DNA from: Eledone cirrhosa
Taxonomy: Eukaryota
NCBI GenBank assembly: GCA_964016885.1
Contig: OZ024743.1
Coordinates: 130,944,001 to 131,008,000 of the forward strand
DNA length: 64,000 bases
Direction of reading: 5' to 3'
Of this stretch, positions 1-10,712 are shown one piece after another. The position numbers and the translations under genes are program-made. Position 1 is the stretch's first letter; each line of letters starts with the position of its first letter. The notes below the pieces were generated by a model. It was not told the DNA's origin, did not search any database, and was given only the letters and a program-made list of their open reading frames with translations.

Positions 1-229
1 GTGTTTGGTGTTTGGTGCTTGGTGTTTGGTGCTTGGTACTTGGGGCTTGGTGTTTGGTGCTTGGTGCTTGGTGTTTGGTGTTTGGTGCTTGGGGCTTGGT
101 GTTTGGTGTTGCGTGCTTGGTGCTTGGTGCTTGGTGCTTGGTGTTTTGTGTTTGGTGTTTGATGCTTGGTGTTTGGTGTTTGGTGTTTGGTGCTTGGTGT
201 TTGGTGTTTGGTGTTTCCTGTTTGGTCTT

Positions 230-1370
230 TAGTCTTTGGTGCTTGGTGTTTGGTGCTTGGTGCTTGGTGTTTGGTGCTTGGTGTTTGGTTTTTGCTGTTT
301 GCTGTTTGGTGTTTGGTGTTTGCTGTTTGCTGTTTGGTGTCTGCTTTTTGGTGTTTGGTGTTTGCTGTATGGTGTTTGCTGTTTCGTGTTTATTGTTTGC
401 TGTTTGGTGTTTGGTGTTTGGTGTTTCCTGTTTGGTCTTTAGTCTTTGGTGCTTGGTGTTTGGTGCTTGGTGCTTGGTGTTTGGTGCTTGGTGGTTGGTG
501 CTTGTTGTTTGGTGATTGGTGCTTGGTGTTTGGTGGTTGGTGCTTGGGGCTTGGTGTTTGGTGCTGCGTGCTTGGTGCTTGGTGCTTGGTGCTTGTTGTT
601 TTGTGTTTGGTGTTTGATGCTTGGTGTTTGGTGTTTGGTGTTTGGTGCTTGGTGCTTGGTGTTTGGTGTTTGATGCTTGGTGCTTGATGCTTGGTGCTTG
701 GTGCTTGGTGTTTGGTGCTTGGTGCTTGGTGATTGTACTTGGTGCTTGGTGCTTGGTGTTTGGTGCTTGGTGTTTGGTGCTTGGTGTTTGGTGTTTGCTC
801 TTTGCTGTTTGGTGTTTGGTGTTTGCTGTTTGGTGTTTGGTGTTTGGTGTTTGCTGTTTGGTGTTTGTTGTTTGGTGCTTGGTGTTTGGTGCTTGGTGCT
901 TGGTGTTTGGTGTTTGGTGTTTGGTGCTTGGTGCTTGGGGCTTGGTGCTTGGTGCTTGGTGCTTGGTGCTTGGTGTTTGGTGTTTGGTGCTTGGTGTTTG
1001 GTGCTTGGTGCTTGGTGCTGGGTGTTTGGTGCTTGGTGCTTGGTGTTTGGTGCATGGTGCTTGGTTTTTGGTGTTTGTCGCTTGATGCTTGGTGCTTGGT
1101 GTTTGGTGCTTGGTGTTTGTACTTGGTGCTTGGTGCTTGGTGTTTTGTGCTTGGTTCTTGGTGTTTGGTGTTTGGCGCTTGGTGCTTGGTGTTAGGTGTT
1201 TGGTGCTTGGTGCTTGGTGTTTGGTGTTTGGTCCTTGGTGCTTGGTGTTTAGTGCTTGGTGCTTGGTGTTTTTTGTTTGGTGCTTTCTGCTTGCTGCTTG
1301 GTGTTTGGTGCTTGGTGATTGGTGCTTGGTGTTTGGTGCTTGGTGCTTGGTGTTTGGTGTTTGGTGCTAG
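230..1370. repeat. Diverged higher-order block paralogous to ~4290-5500 (offset 4062 over its central part)
   Basis: ORF pairs 446/4508, 621/4683, 677/4739 and 733/4795 are all offset by 4062. Shared rare motifs: TTTCCTGTTTGGTCTTTAGTC, TTGGTGA-TTGTAC, TTGCTCT, TTGTCGC-TTGATGC. Confidence 0.8.
292..445. repeat. Representative TTGCTGT-rich variant module (core TTGGTGT CTGCTTT TTGGTGT TTGGTGT TTGCTGT ATGGTGT TTGCTGT TTCGTGT), recurring throughout the array
   Basis: The same or a closely related core is visible near 340, 4400, 6085, 9080, 10655, 11115, 14320, 14745, 17660, 20710, 21165, 27720, 32180, 44365, 57105 and 62965, among others. Confidence 0.88.
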
Positions 1371-2959
1371 GTGCTTGGTGTTTGGTGTTTGGTGTTTGTT
1401 GCTTGGTGTTTGGTGCTTGGTACTTGGGGCTTGGTGTTTGGTGCTTGGTGCTTGGTGTTTGGTGTTTGGTGCTTGGGGCTTAGTGTTTGGTGTTGCGTGC
1501 TTGGTGCTTGGTGCTTGGTGTTTTGTGTTTGGTGTTTGATGCTTGGTGTTTGGTGTTTGGTGTTTGGTGCTTGGTGTTTGGTGTTTGGTGTTTGGTGCTT
1601 GGTGCTTGGTGTTTGATGCTTGGTGCTTGATGCTTGGTGCTTGGTGTTTGGTGCTTGGTTTTTGTACTTGGTGCTTGGTGCTTGGTGTTTGGTGCTTGGT
1701 GTTTGGTGCTTGGTGTTTGGTGTTTGCTGTTTGCTGTTTGCTGTTTGCTGTTTGGTGTTTGCTGTTTGGTGTTTGCTGTTTGGTGTTTGGTGCTTGCTGT
1801 TGGGTGTTTGGTGTTTGGTGCTTGCTGCTTAGTGTTTGGTGTTTGGTGTTTGGTGCTTGGTGCTTGGGGCTTGGTGTTTGGTGTTTGGTGCTTGGTGCTT
1901 GGTGCTGGGTGTTTGGTGCTTGGTGTTTGGTGCATGGTGCTTGGTGCTTGGTGTTTGTCGCTTGGTGCTTGGTGCTTGGTGTTTGGTGCTTGGTGCTTGG
2001 TGTTTGGTGTTTGGTGCTTGGTGCTTGGTGTTTGGTGTTTGGTGCTTGGTGTTTGGTGTTTGGTGCTTGGTGCTTGGTGTTTGTTGCTTGGTACTTGGTG
2101 CATGGTGTTTGGTACTGTGTGCTTGGTGTTTGGTGCTTGGTGTTTGGTGCTTGGTGCTTGGTGTTTGGTGTTTGGTGTTTGATGCTTGGTGTTTGATGCT
2201 TGGTGCTTGGTGCTTAGTGTTTGGTGCTTGGTGTTTGTACTTGGTGTTTGGTGCTTGGTGTTTTGTGCTTGGTTCTTGGTGTTTGGTGTTTGGTGCTTGG
2301 TGCTTGGTGCTTGGTGTTAGGTGTTTCGTGCTTGGTGCTTGGTGTTTGGTGTTTGGTCCTTGGTGCTTGGTGTTTAGTACTTGGTGCTTGGTGTTTGTTG
2401 TTTGGTGTTTTCTGCTTGCTGCTTGGTGTTTGGTGCTGGGTGTTTGGTGCTAGGTGCTTGGTGTTTGGTGTTTGGTGTTTGGTGTTTGATGCGTGGTGTT
2501 TGGTGCTTGGTGTTTGGTGTTTGGTGCTTGGTGCTTGGGGCTTGGTGTTTGGTGCTTGGTGCTTGGTGCTTGGTGCTTGGTGTTTGCTGCTTGGTGCTTG
2601 GTGTTTGGTGCTTGGTGTTTGGTGCTTGGTGTTTGGTGTTTGCTGTTTGCTGTTTGCTGTTTGCTGTTTGCTGTTTGCTGTTTGGTGTTTGCTGTTTGGT
2701 GTTTGGTGCTTGCTGTTGGGTGTTTGGTGTTTGGTGCTTGCTGCTTAGTGCTTGGTGTTTGGTGTTTGGTGTTTGGTGTTTGGTGCTTGGTGTTTGGTGC
2801 TTGGTGCTTGGTGCTTGGTGTTTGGTGCTTGGTGCTTGGTGCTGGGTGGTTGGTATTTGGTGCTTGGTGCTTGGTGTTTGGTGCTTGGTGCTTGGTGCTT
2901 GGTGTTTAGTGCTTGGTGCTTGGTGCTTGGTCTTTGGTGCTTGGGGTTTGGTGCTTGGT

Positions 2960-3120
2960 GCTTGGTGCTTGGTGTTTGTTGCTTGGTGTTTAGTGTTTGG
3001 TGCTTGGTGCTTGGGGTTTGGTGTTTGGTGCTTGGTACTTGGTGCTTGGTGTTTGTTGCTTGGTGTTTAGTGTTTGGTGCTTGGTGCTTGGGGTTTGGTG
3101 TTTGGTGCTTGGTACTTGGT
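2960..3120. repeat. 77-bp (11-monomer) local tandem duplication
   Basis: The variant string TTGTTGC..TTAGTGT..TTGGGGT..TTGGTAC occurs twice; ORF starts 2997 and 3074 differ by 77. Confidence 0.8.
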
Positions 3121-6100
3121 GTTTGGTGCTTGGTGTTTGGTGTTTGGTGTTTGGTGTTTGGTGTATGCTGTTTGGTGTCTGCTTTTTGGTGTTTGGTGTT
3201 TGATGTATGGTGTTTGCTGTTTGGTGTTTGGTGTTTGCTGTTTTGTGTTTGGTGTTTGCTGTTTGGTCTATGGTGCTTGGTGTTTGGTGTTTGGTGCTTG
3301 GTGTTTGGTGTTTGGTTCTTGGTGCTTGGTGCTTGGTGTTTGGTGTTTGGTGCTTGGTGTCTGGTGCTTGGTGTTTGGTGTTTGGTGTTTGGTGCTTGGT
3401 GTTTGGTGTTTGGTGTTTGGTGCTTGGTGCTTGGTGTTTGGTGTTTCGTGTTTGGTGTTTGGTGCTTGTTGCTTGGTGCTTGGTGCTTGGTGTTTGGTGC
3501 TTGGTGCTTGGTGTTTGGTGCTGGGTGCGTGGTGTTTGGTGCTTGGTGCTTGGTGCTTGGTGTTTGGTGTTTGGTGCTTGGTGCTTGGTGTTTGGTGTTT
3601 GGTGTTATATGCTTGGTGTTTGATGCTTGGTGCTTGGTGCTTGGTGTTTGGTGTTTGGTGGTTGGTGTTTGTACTTGGTGCTTGGTGCTTGGTTCTTGGT
3701 GTTTGGTGCTTGGTGTTTGGTGCTTGGTGCTTGGTGTTTGGTGCTTGGTGTTTGGTGCTTGGTGTTTGGTGCTTGGTCCCTGGTGCTTGGTGCTTGGTGC
3801 TTGGTGTTTGGTGCTTGGTGTTTGGTGCTTGGTGTTAGGTGTTTGGTGCTTGGTGCTTGGTGTTTGGTGCTTGGTGTTTGGTGCTTGGTGCTTGGTGTTT
3901 GGTGTTTGGTGCTTGGTGTTTGGTGCTTGGTACTTGGTGCTTGGTGCTTGGTGTTAGGTGTCTGGTGCTTGGTGCTTGGTGTTTGGTTTTTGGTTCTTGG
4001 TGCTTGGTGTTTGGTGTTTGGTGCTTGCTGCTGGCTGCTTGGTGTTTGGTGCTTGGTGATTGGTGCTTGGTGTTTGGTGCTTGGTGTTTGGTGTTTGGTA
4101 CTAGGTGCTTGGTGCTTGGTGTTTGGTGCTTGGTGCTTGGTGTCTGGTGTTTGGTGTTTGGTGCTTGGTGCTTGGTGTTTGGTGCTTGGTCTTTGGTGCT
4201 TGGTGTTTGGTGCTTGGTGCTTGGTGTTTGGTGCATGGTGCTTGGTGATTAGTGTTTGGTGCTTGGTGCTTGTGGTTTGGTGTTTGGTGCTTGGTGCTTG
4301 GTGTTTAGTGCTTGGTGCTTGGTGTTTGGTGCTTGGTGTTTGGTTTTTGCTGTTTGCTGTTTGGTGTTTGGTGTTTGGTGTTTGCTGTTTGCTGTTTGGT
4401 ATCTGCTTTTTGGTGTTTGGTGTTTGCTGTATGGTGTTTGCTGTTTCGTGTTTATTGTTTGCTGTTTGGTGTTTGGTGTTTGGTGTTTCCTGTTTGGTCT
4501 TTAGTCTTTGGTGCTTGGTGTTTGGTGCTTGGTGCTTGGTGTTTGGTGCTTGGTGGTTGGTGCTTGTTGTTTGGTGATTGGTGCTTGGTGTTTGGTGGTT
4601 GGGGCTTGGGGCTTGGTGTTTGGTGCTGCGTGCTTGGTGCTTGGTGCTTGGTGCTTGGTGTTTTGTGTTTGGTGTTTGATGTTTGGTGTTTGGTGTTTGG
4701 TGTTTGGTGCTTGGTGCTTGGTGTTTGGTGTTTGATGCTTGGTGCTTGATGCTTGGTGCTTGGTGCTTGGTGTTTGGTGCTTGGTGCTTGGTGATTGTAC
4801 TTGGTGCTTGGTGCTTGGTGTTTGGTGCTTGGTGTTTGGTGCTTGGTGTTTGGCGTTTGCTCTTTGCTGTATGGTGTTTGGTGTTTGCTGCTTGGTGTTT
4901 GGTGTTTGGTGTTTGCTGTTTGGTGTTTGCTGTTTGGTGCTTGGTGTTTGGTGTTTGGTGCTTGGTGCTTGGGGCTTGGCGTTTGGTGCTTGGTGCTTGG
5001 TGCTTGGTGCTTGGTGTTTGGTGCTTGGTGTTTGGTGCTTGGTGCTTGGTGCTGGGTGTTTGGTGCTTGGTGCTTGGTGTTTGGTGCATGGTGCTTGGTT
5101 TTTGGTGTTTGTCGCTTGATGCTTGGTGCTTGGTGTTTGGTGCTTGGTGTTTGGTGTTTTGTGCTTGGTGCTTGGTGTTTGGTGTTTGGTGCTTGATGTT
5201 TGGTGTTTGGTGCTTGGTGCTTGGTGTTTGTTGCTTGGTACTTGGTGCATTGTGTTTGATGCTTGGTGTTTGATGCTTGGTGCTTGGTGTTTGGTGCTTG
5301 GTGTTTGTACTTGGTGCTTGGTGCTTGGTGTTTTGTGCTTGGTTCTTGGTGCTTGGTGTTTGGTGTTTGGTGCTAGGTGCTTGGTGTTTGGTGTCTGGTG
5401 TTTGGTGCTTGGTGTTTGGTGTTTGGTGCTTGGTGTTTGGTGTTTGGCGCTTGGTGTTTGTTGTTTGGTGCTTTCTGCTTGCTGCTTGGTGTTTGGTGCT
5501 TGGTGATTGGTGCTTGGTGTTTGGTGCTTGGTGCTTGGTGTTTGGTGTTTGGTGCTAGGTGCTTGGTGTTTGGTGTCTGGTGTTTGGTGCTTGGTGTTTG
5601 GTGTTTGGTGCTTCGTGCTTGGGGCTTGGTGTTTGGTGCTAGGTGCTTGGTGCTTGGTGCTTGGTGTTTGGTGCTTGGTGTTTGGTGCTTGGTACTTGGG
5701 GCTTGGTGTTTGGTGCTTGGTGCTTGGTGTTTGGTGCTTGGTGCTTGGTGTTTGGTGTTTGGTGCTTGGTGCTTGGTGCTGGGTGGTTGGTGTTTGGTGC
5801 TTGGTGCTTGGTGTTTGGTGCTTGGTGCTTGGTGCTTGGTGTTTGGTGCTTGGTGCTTGGTGCTTGGTCTTTGGTGCTTGGTGTTTGGTGTTTGGTGTTT
5901 GGTGCTTGGTGCTTGGTGTTTGGTGCTTGGTGCTTGGTGATTAGTGTTTGGTGCTTGGTGCTTGTGGTTTGGTGTTTGGTGCTTGGTGCTTGGTGTTGGG
6001 TGCTTGGTGCTTGGTGTTTGGTGCTTGGTGTTTGGTTTTGCTGTTTGGTGTTTGGTGTTTGGTGTTTGCTGTTTGCTGTTTGGTGTCTGCTTTTTGGTGT

Positions 6101-7560
6101 TTGGTGTTTGCTGTATGGTGTTTGCTGTTTCGTGTTTATTGTTTGCTGTTTGGTGTTTGGTGTTTGGTGTTTGGTGTTTCCTGTTTGGTCTTTAGTCTTT
6201 GGTGCGTGGTGTTTGGTGCTTGGTGCTTGGTGTTTGGTGCTTGGTGCTTGTTGTTTGGTGATTTGTGCTTGGTGCTTGGTGTTTGGTGTTTGGTGCTTGG
6301 GTCTTGGTGTTTGGTGCTGCGTGGTTGGTGCTTGGTGCTTGGTGCTTGGTGTTTTGTGTTTGGTGTTTGATGCTTGGTGTTTGGTGTTTGGTGTTTGGTG
6401 CTTGGTGCTTGGTGTTTGGTGTTTGATGCTTGGTGCTTGATGCTTGGTGCTTGGTGTTTGGTGCTTGTTGTTTGTACTTGGTGCTTGGTGCTTGGTGTTT
6501 GGTGCTTGGTGTTTGGTGCTTGGCGTTTGGTGTTTGCTGTTTGCTGTTTGCTGTTTGGTATTTGCTGTTTGGTGTTTGGTGTTTGCTGTTTGGTGTTTGC
6601 TGTTTGGTGTTTGGTGCTTGCTGTTTGGTGCTTGGTGTTTGGTGCTTGGTGTTTGGTGTTTGGTGTTTGGTGTTTGGTGCTTGGTGCTTGGGGCTTGGTG
6701 TTTGGTGCTTGGTGCTTGGTGCTTGGTGTTTGGTGTTTGGTGCTTGGTGTTTGGTGCTTGCTGTTTGGTGCTTGGTGCTGGGTGTTTGGTGCTTGGTGTT
6801 TGGTGCATGGTGCTTGGTGCTTGGTGTTTGTCGCTTGGTGCTTGGTGCTTGGTGTTGGTGCTTGGTGTTTGGTGTTTGGTGCTTGGTGCTTGGTTTTTGG
6901 TGTTTGGTGCTTGGTGTTTGGTGCTTGGTGCTTGGTGTTTGTTGCTTGGTACTTGGTGCATGGTGTTTGGTGCTGGGTGCTTGGTGTTTGGTGCTTGGTG
7001 TTTGGTGCTTGGTGCTTGGTGTTTGGTGTTTGGTGTTTGATGCTTGGTGTTTGATGCTTGGTGCTTGGTGCTTGGTGTTTGGTGCTTGGTGTTTGTACTT
7101 GGTGCTTGGTGTTTTGTGCTTGGTTCTTTGTGTTTGGTGTTTGGTGCTTGGTGCTTGGTGCTTGGTGTTAGGTGTTTGGTGCTTGGTGCTTGGTGTTTGG
7201 TGTTTGGTCCTTGGTGCTTGGTGTTTAGTGCTTGGTGCTTGGAGTTTGTTGTTTGGTGCTTTCTGCTTGCTGCTTGGTGATTGGTGCTTGGTGCTTGGTG
7301 CTTGGTGTATGGTGTTTGGTGCTAGGTGCTTGGTGTTTGGTGTTTGGTGTTTGATGCTTGGTGTTTGGTGCTTGGTGTTTGGTGTTTTGTGCTTGGTGCT
7401 TGGGGCTTGGTGTTTAGTGCTTGGTGCTTGGTGCTTGGTGTTTGGTGCTTGGTGCTTGGTGTTTGGTGTTTGGTGCTTGGTGCTTGGTGTTTGGTGCTTG
7501 TTGCTTGGTGCTGGGTGGTTGGTATTTGGTGCTTGGTGCTTGGTGTTTGGTGCTTGGTGC

Positions 7561-10500
7561 TTGGTGCTTGGTGTTTGGTGCTTGGTGCTTGGTGCTTGGT
7601 CTTTGGTGCTTGGTGTTTGGTGCTTGGTGCTTGGTGCTTGGTGTTTGGTGCTTGGTGATTAGTGTTTGGTGCTTGGTGCTTGGGGTTTGGTGTTTGGTGC
7701 TTGGTACTTGGTGTTTGGTGCTTGGTGTTTGGTGTTTGCTGTTTGGTGTTTGGTGTTTGGTGTTTGCTGTTTGCTTTTTGGTGTTTGGTGTTTGCTATAT
7801 GGTGTTTGCTGTTTGGTGTTTGGTGTTTGCTGTTTGGTGTTTGGTGTTTGCTGTTTGGTGCTTGGTGCTTGGTGTTTGGTGTTTGGTGCTTGGTGCTTGG
7901 TGTTTGGTGTTTGTTGCTTGGTGCTTGGTGCTTGGTGTTTGGTGTTTGGTGTTTGGTGCTTGGTGTCTGGTGCTTGGTGTTTGGTGTTTGGTGTTTGGTG
8001 CTTGGTGTTTGGTGTTTGGTGTTTGGTGCTAGGTGTTTGGTGTTTGGTGTTTGGTGTTTGGTGCTTGTTGCTTGGTGCTTGGTGCTTGGTGTTTGGTGCT
8101 TGGTGCTTGGTGTTTGTTGCTGGGTGCTTGGTGTTTGGTGCTTGGTGCTTGGTGCTTGGTGTTTGGTGTTTGGTGCTTGGTGCTTGGTGTTTGGTGTTTG
8201 GTGTTATATGCTTGGTGTTTGATGCTTGGTGCTTGGTGCTTGGTGTTTGGTGCTTGGTGTTTGGTGTTTGGTGCTTGGTGTTTGATGCTTGGTGCTTGGT
8301 CCTTGGTGTTTGGTGCTTGGTGCTTGGTGTTTGTACTTGGTGCTTGGTGCTTGGTTCTTGGTGCTTGGTGCTTGGTGCTTGGTGCTTTGTGCTTGGTGTT
8401 TGGTGCTTGGTGTTTGGTGCTTGGTGTTTGGTGCTTGGTGCCTGGTGCTTGGTGCTTGGTGCTTGGTGTTTGGTGCTTGGTGTTTGGTGCTTGGTGTTAG
8501 GTGTTTGGTGCTTGGTGCTTGGTGTTTGGTGTTTGGTGCTTGGTGTTTGGTGCTTGGTGCTTGGTGTTTGGTGTTTGGTGCTTGGTGTTTGGTGCTTGGT
8601 ACTTGGTGCTTGGTGCTTGGTGTTAGGTGTTTGGTGCTTGGTGCTTGGTGTTTGGTTTTTGTGGTGCTTGTTGCTTGGTGTTTGGTGTTTGGTGCTTGCT
8701 GCTGGCTGCTTGGTGTTTGGTGCTTGGTGATTGGTGCTTGGTGTTTGGTGCTTGGTGTTTGGTGTTTGGTACTAGGTGCTTGGTGATTGGTATTTGGCGC
8801 TTGGTGCTTGGTGTTTGGTGTTTGGTGTTTGGTGCTTGCTGCTTGGTGCTTGGTGCTGGGTGGTTGGTGTTTGGTGCTTGGTGATTAGTGTTTGATGCCA
8901 GGTGCTTGGGGTTTGGTGTTTGGTGCTTGGTGCTTGGTGTTTGGTGCTTGGTGCTTGGTGTTTGGTGCTTGGTGCTTGGTGTTTGGTGTTTGCTGTTTGC
9001 TGTTTGGTGTTTGTTGTTTGGTGTTTGTTGTTTGGTGTTTGCTGTTTGGTGTTTGGTATTTGGTGTTTGCTGTTTGGTGTCTGCTTTTTGGTGTTTGGTG
9101 TTTGCTGTATGTTGTTTGCTGTTTGGTGTTTGGTGTTTGGTGCTTGGTGTTTGGTGCTTGGTGCTTGGTGCTTGGTCTTTGGTGCTTGGTGTTTGGTGCT
9201 TGGTGCTTGGTGCTTGGTGTTTGGTGCTTGGTGATTAGTGTTTGGTGCTTGGTGCTTGGGGTTTGGTGTTTGGTGCTTGGTACTTGGTGTTTGGTGCTTG
9301 GTGTTTGGTGTTTGCTGTTTGGTGTTTGGTGTTTGGTGTTTGCTGTTTGCTTTTTGGTGTTTGGTGTTTGCTATATGGTGTTTGCTGTTTGGTGTTTGGT
9401 GTTTGCTGTTTGGTGTTTGGTGTTTGCTGTTTGGTGCTTGGTGCTTGGTGTTTGGTGTTTGGTGCTTGGTGCTTGGTGTTTGGTGTTTGTTGCTTGGTGC
9501 TTGGTGCTTGGTGTTTGGTGTTTGGTGTTTGGTGCTTGGTGTCTGGTGCTTGGTGTTTGGTGTTTGGTGTTTGGTGCTTGGTGTTTGGTGTTTGGTGTTT
9601 GGTGCTTGGTGTTTGGTGTTTGGTGTTTGGTGTTTGGTGCTTGTTGCTTGGTGCTTGGTGCTTGGTGTTTGGTGCTTGGTGCTTGGTGTTTGTTGCTGGG
9701 TGCTTGGTGTTTGGTGCTTGGTGCTTGGTGCTTGGTGTTTGGTGTTTGGTGCTTGGTGCTTGGTGTTTGGTGTTTGGTGTTATATGCTTGGTGTTTGATG
9801 CTTGGTGCTTGGTGCTTGGTGTTTGGTGCTTGGTGTTTGGTGTTTGGTGCTTGGTGTTTGATGCTTGGTGCTTGGTCCTTGGTGTTTGGTGCTTGGTGCT
9901 TGGTGTTTGTACTTGGTGCTTGGTGCTTGGTTCTTGGTGCTTGGTGCTTGGTGCTTGGTGCTTTGTGCTTGGTGTTTGGTGCTTGGTGTTTGGTGCTTGG
10001 TGTTTGGTGCTTGGTGCCTGGTGCTTGGTGCTTGGTGCTTGGTGTTTGGTGCTTGGTGTTTGGTGCTTGGTGTTAGGTGTTTGGTGCTTGGTGCTTGGTG
10101 TTTGGTGTTTGGTGCTTGGTGTTTGGTGCTTGGTGCTTGGTGTTTGGTGTTTGGTGCTTGGTGTTTGGTGCTTGGTACTTGGTGCTTGGTGCTTGGTGTT
10201 AGGTGTTTGGTGCTTGGTGCTTGGTGTTTGGTTTTTGTGGTGCTTGTTGCTTGGTGTTTGGTGTTTGGTGCTTGCTGCTGGCTGCTTGGTGTTTGGTGCT
10301 TGGTGATTGGTGCTTGGTGTTTGGTGCTTGGTGTTTGGTGTTTGGTACTAGGTGCTTGGTGATTGGTATTTGGCGCTTGGTGCTTGGTGTTTGGTGTTTG
10401 GTGTTTGGTGCTTGCTGCTTGGTGCTTGGTGCTGGGTGGTTGGTGTTTGGTGCTTGGTGATTAGTGTTTGGTGCCAGGTGCTTGGGGTTTGGTGTTTGGT

Positions 10501-10712
10501 GCTTGGTGCTTGGTGTTTGGTGCTTGGTGCTTGGTGTTTGGTGCTTGGTGCTTGGTGTTTGGTGTTTGCTGTTTGCTGTTTGGTGTTTGTTGTTTGGTGT
10601 TTGTTGTTTGGTGTTTGCTGTTTGGTGTTTGGTATTTGGTGTTTGCTGTTTGGTGTCTGCTTTTTGGTGTTTGGTGTTTGCTGTATGTTGTTTGCTGTTT
10701 GGTGTTTGGTGT
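7561..10712. repeat. Near-identical 1576-bp tandem duplication (~7561-9136 and ~9137-10712)
   Basis: ORF pairs 7662/9238, 7666/9242, 8289/9865 and 8627/10203 are all offset by 1576. 1576 = 225x7+1, matching one 6-bp unit (TTGTAC) plus one 9-bp unit (TTGTGGTGC) per copy. Confidence 0.92.
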
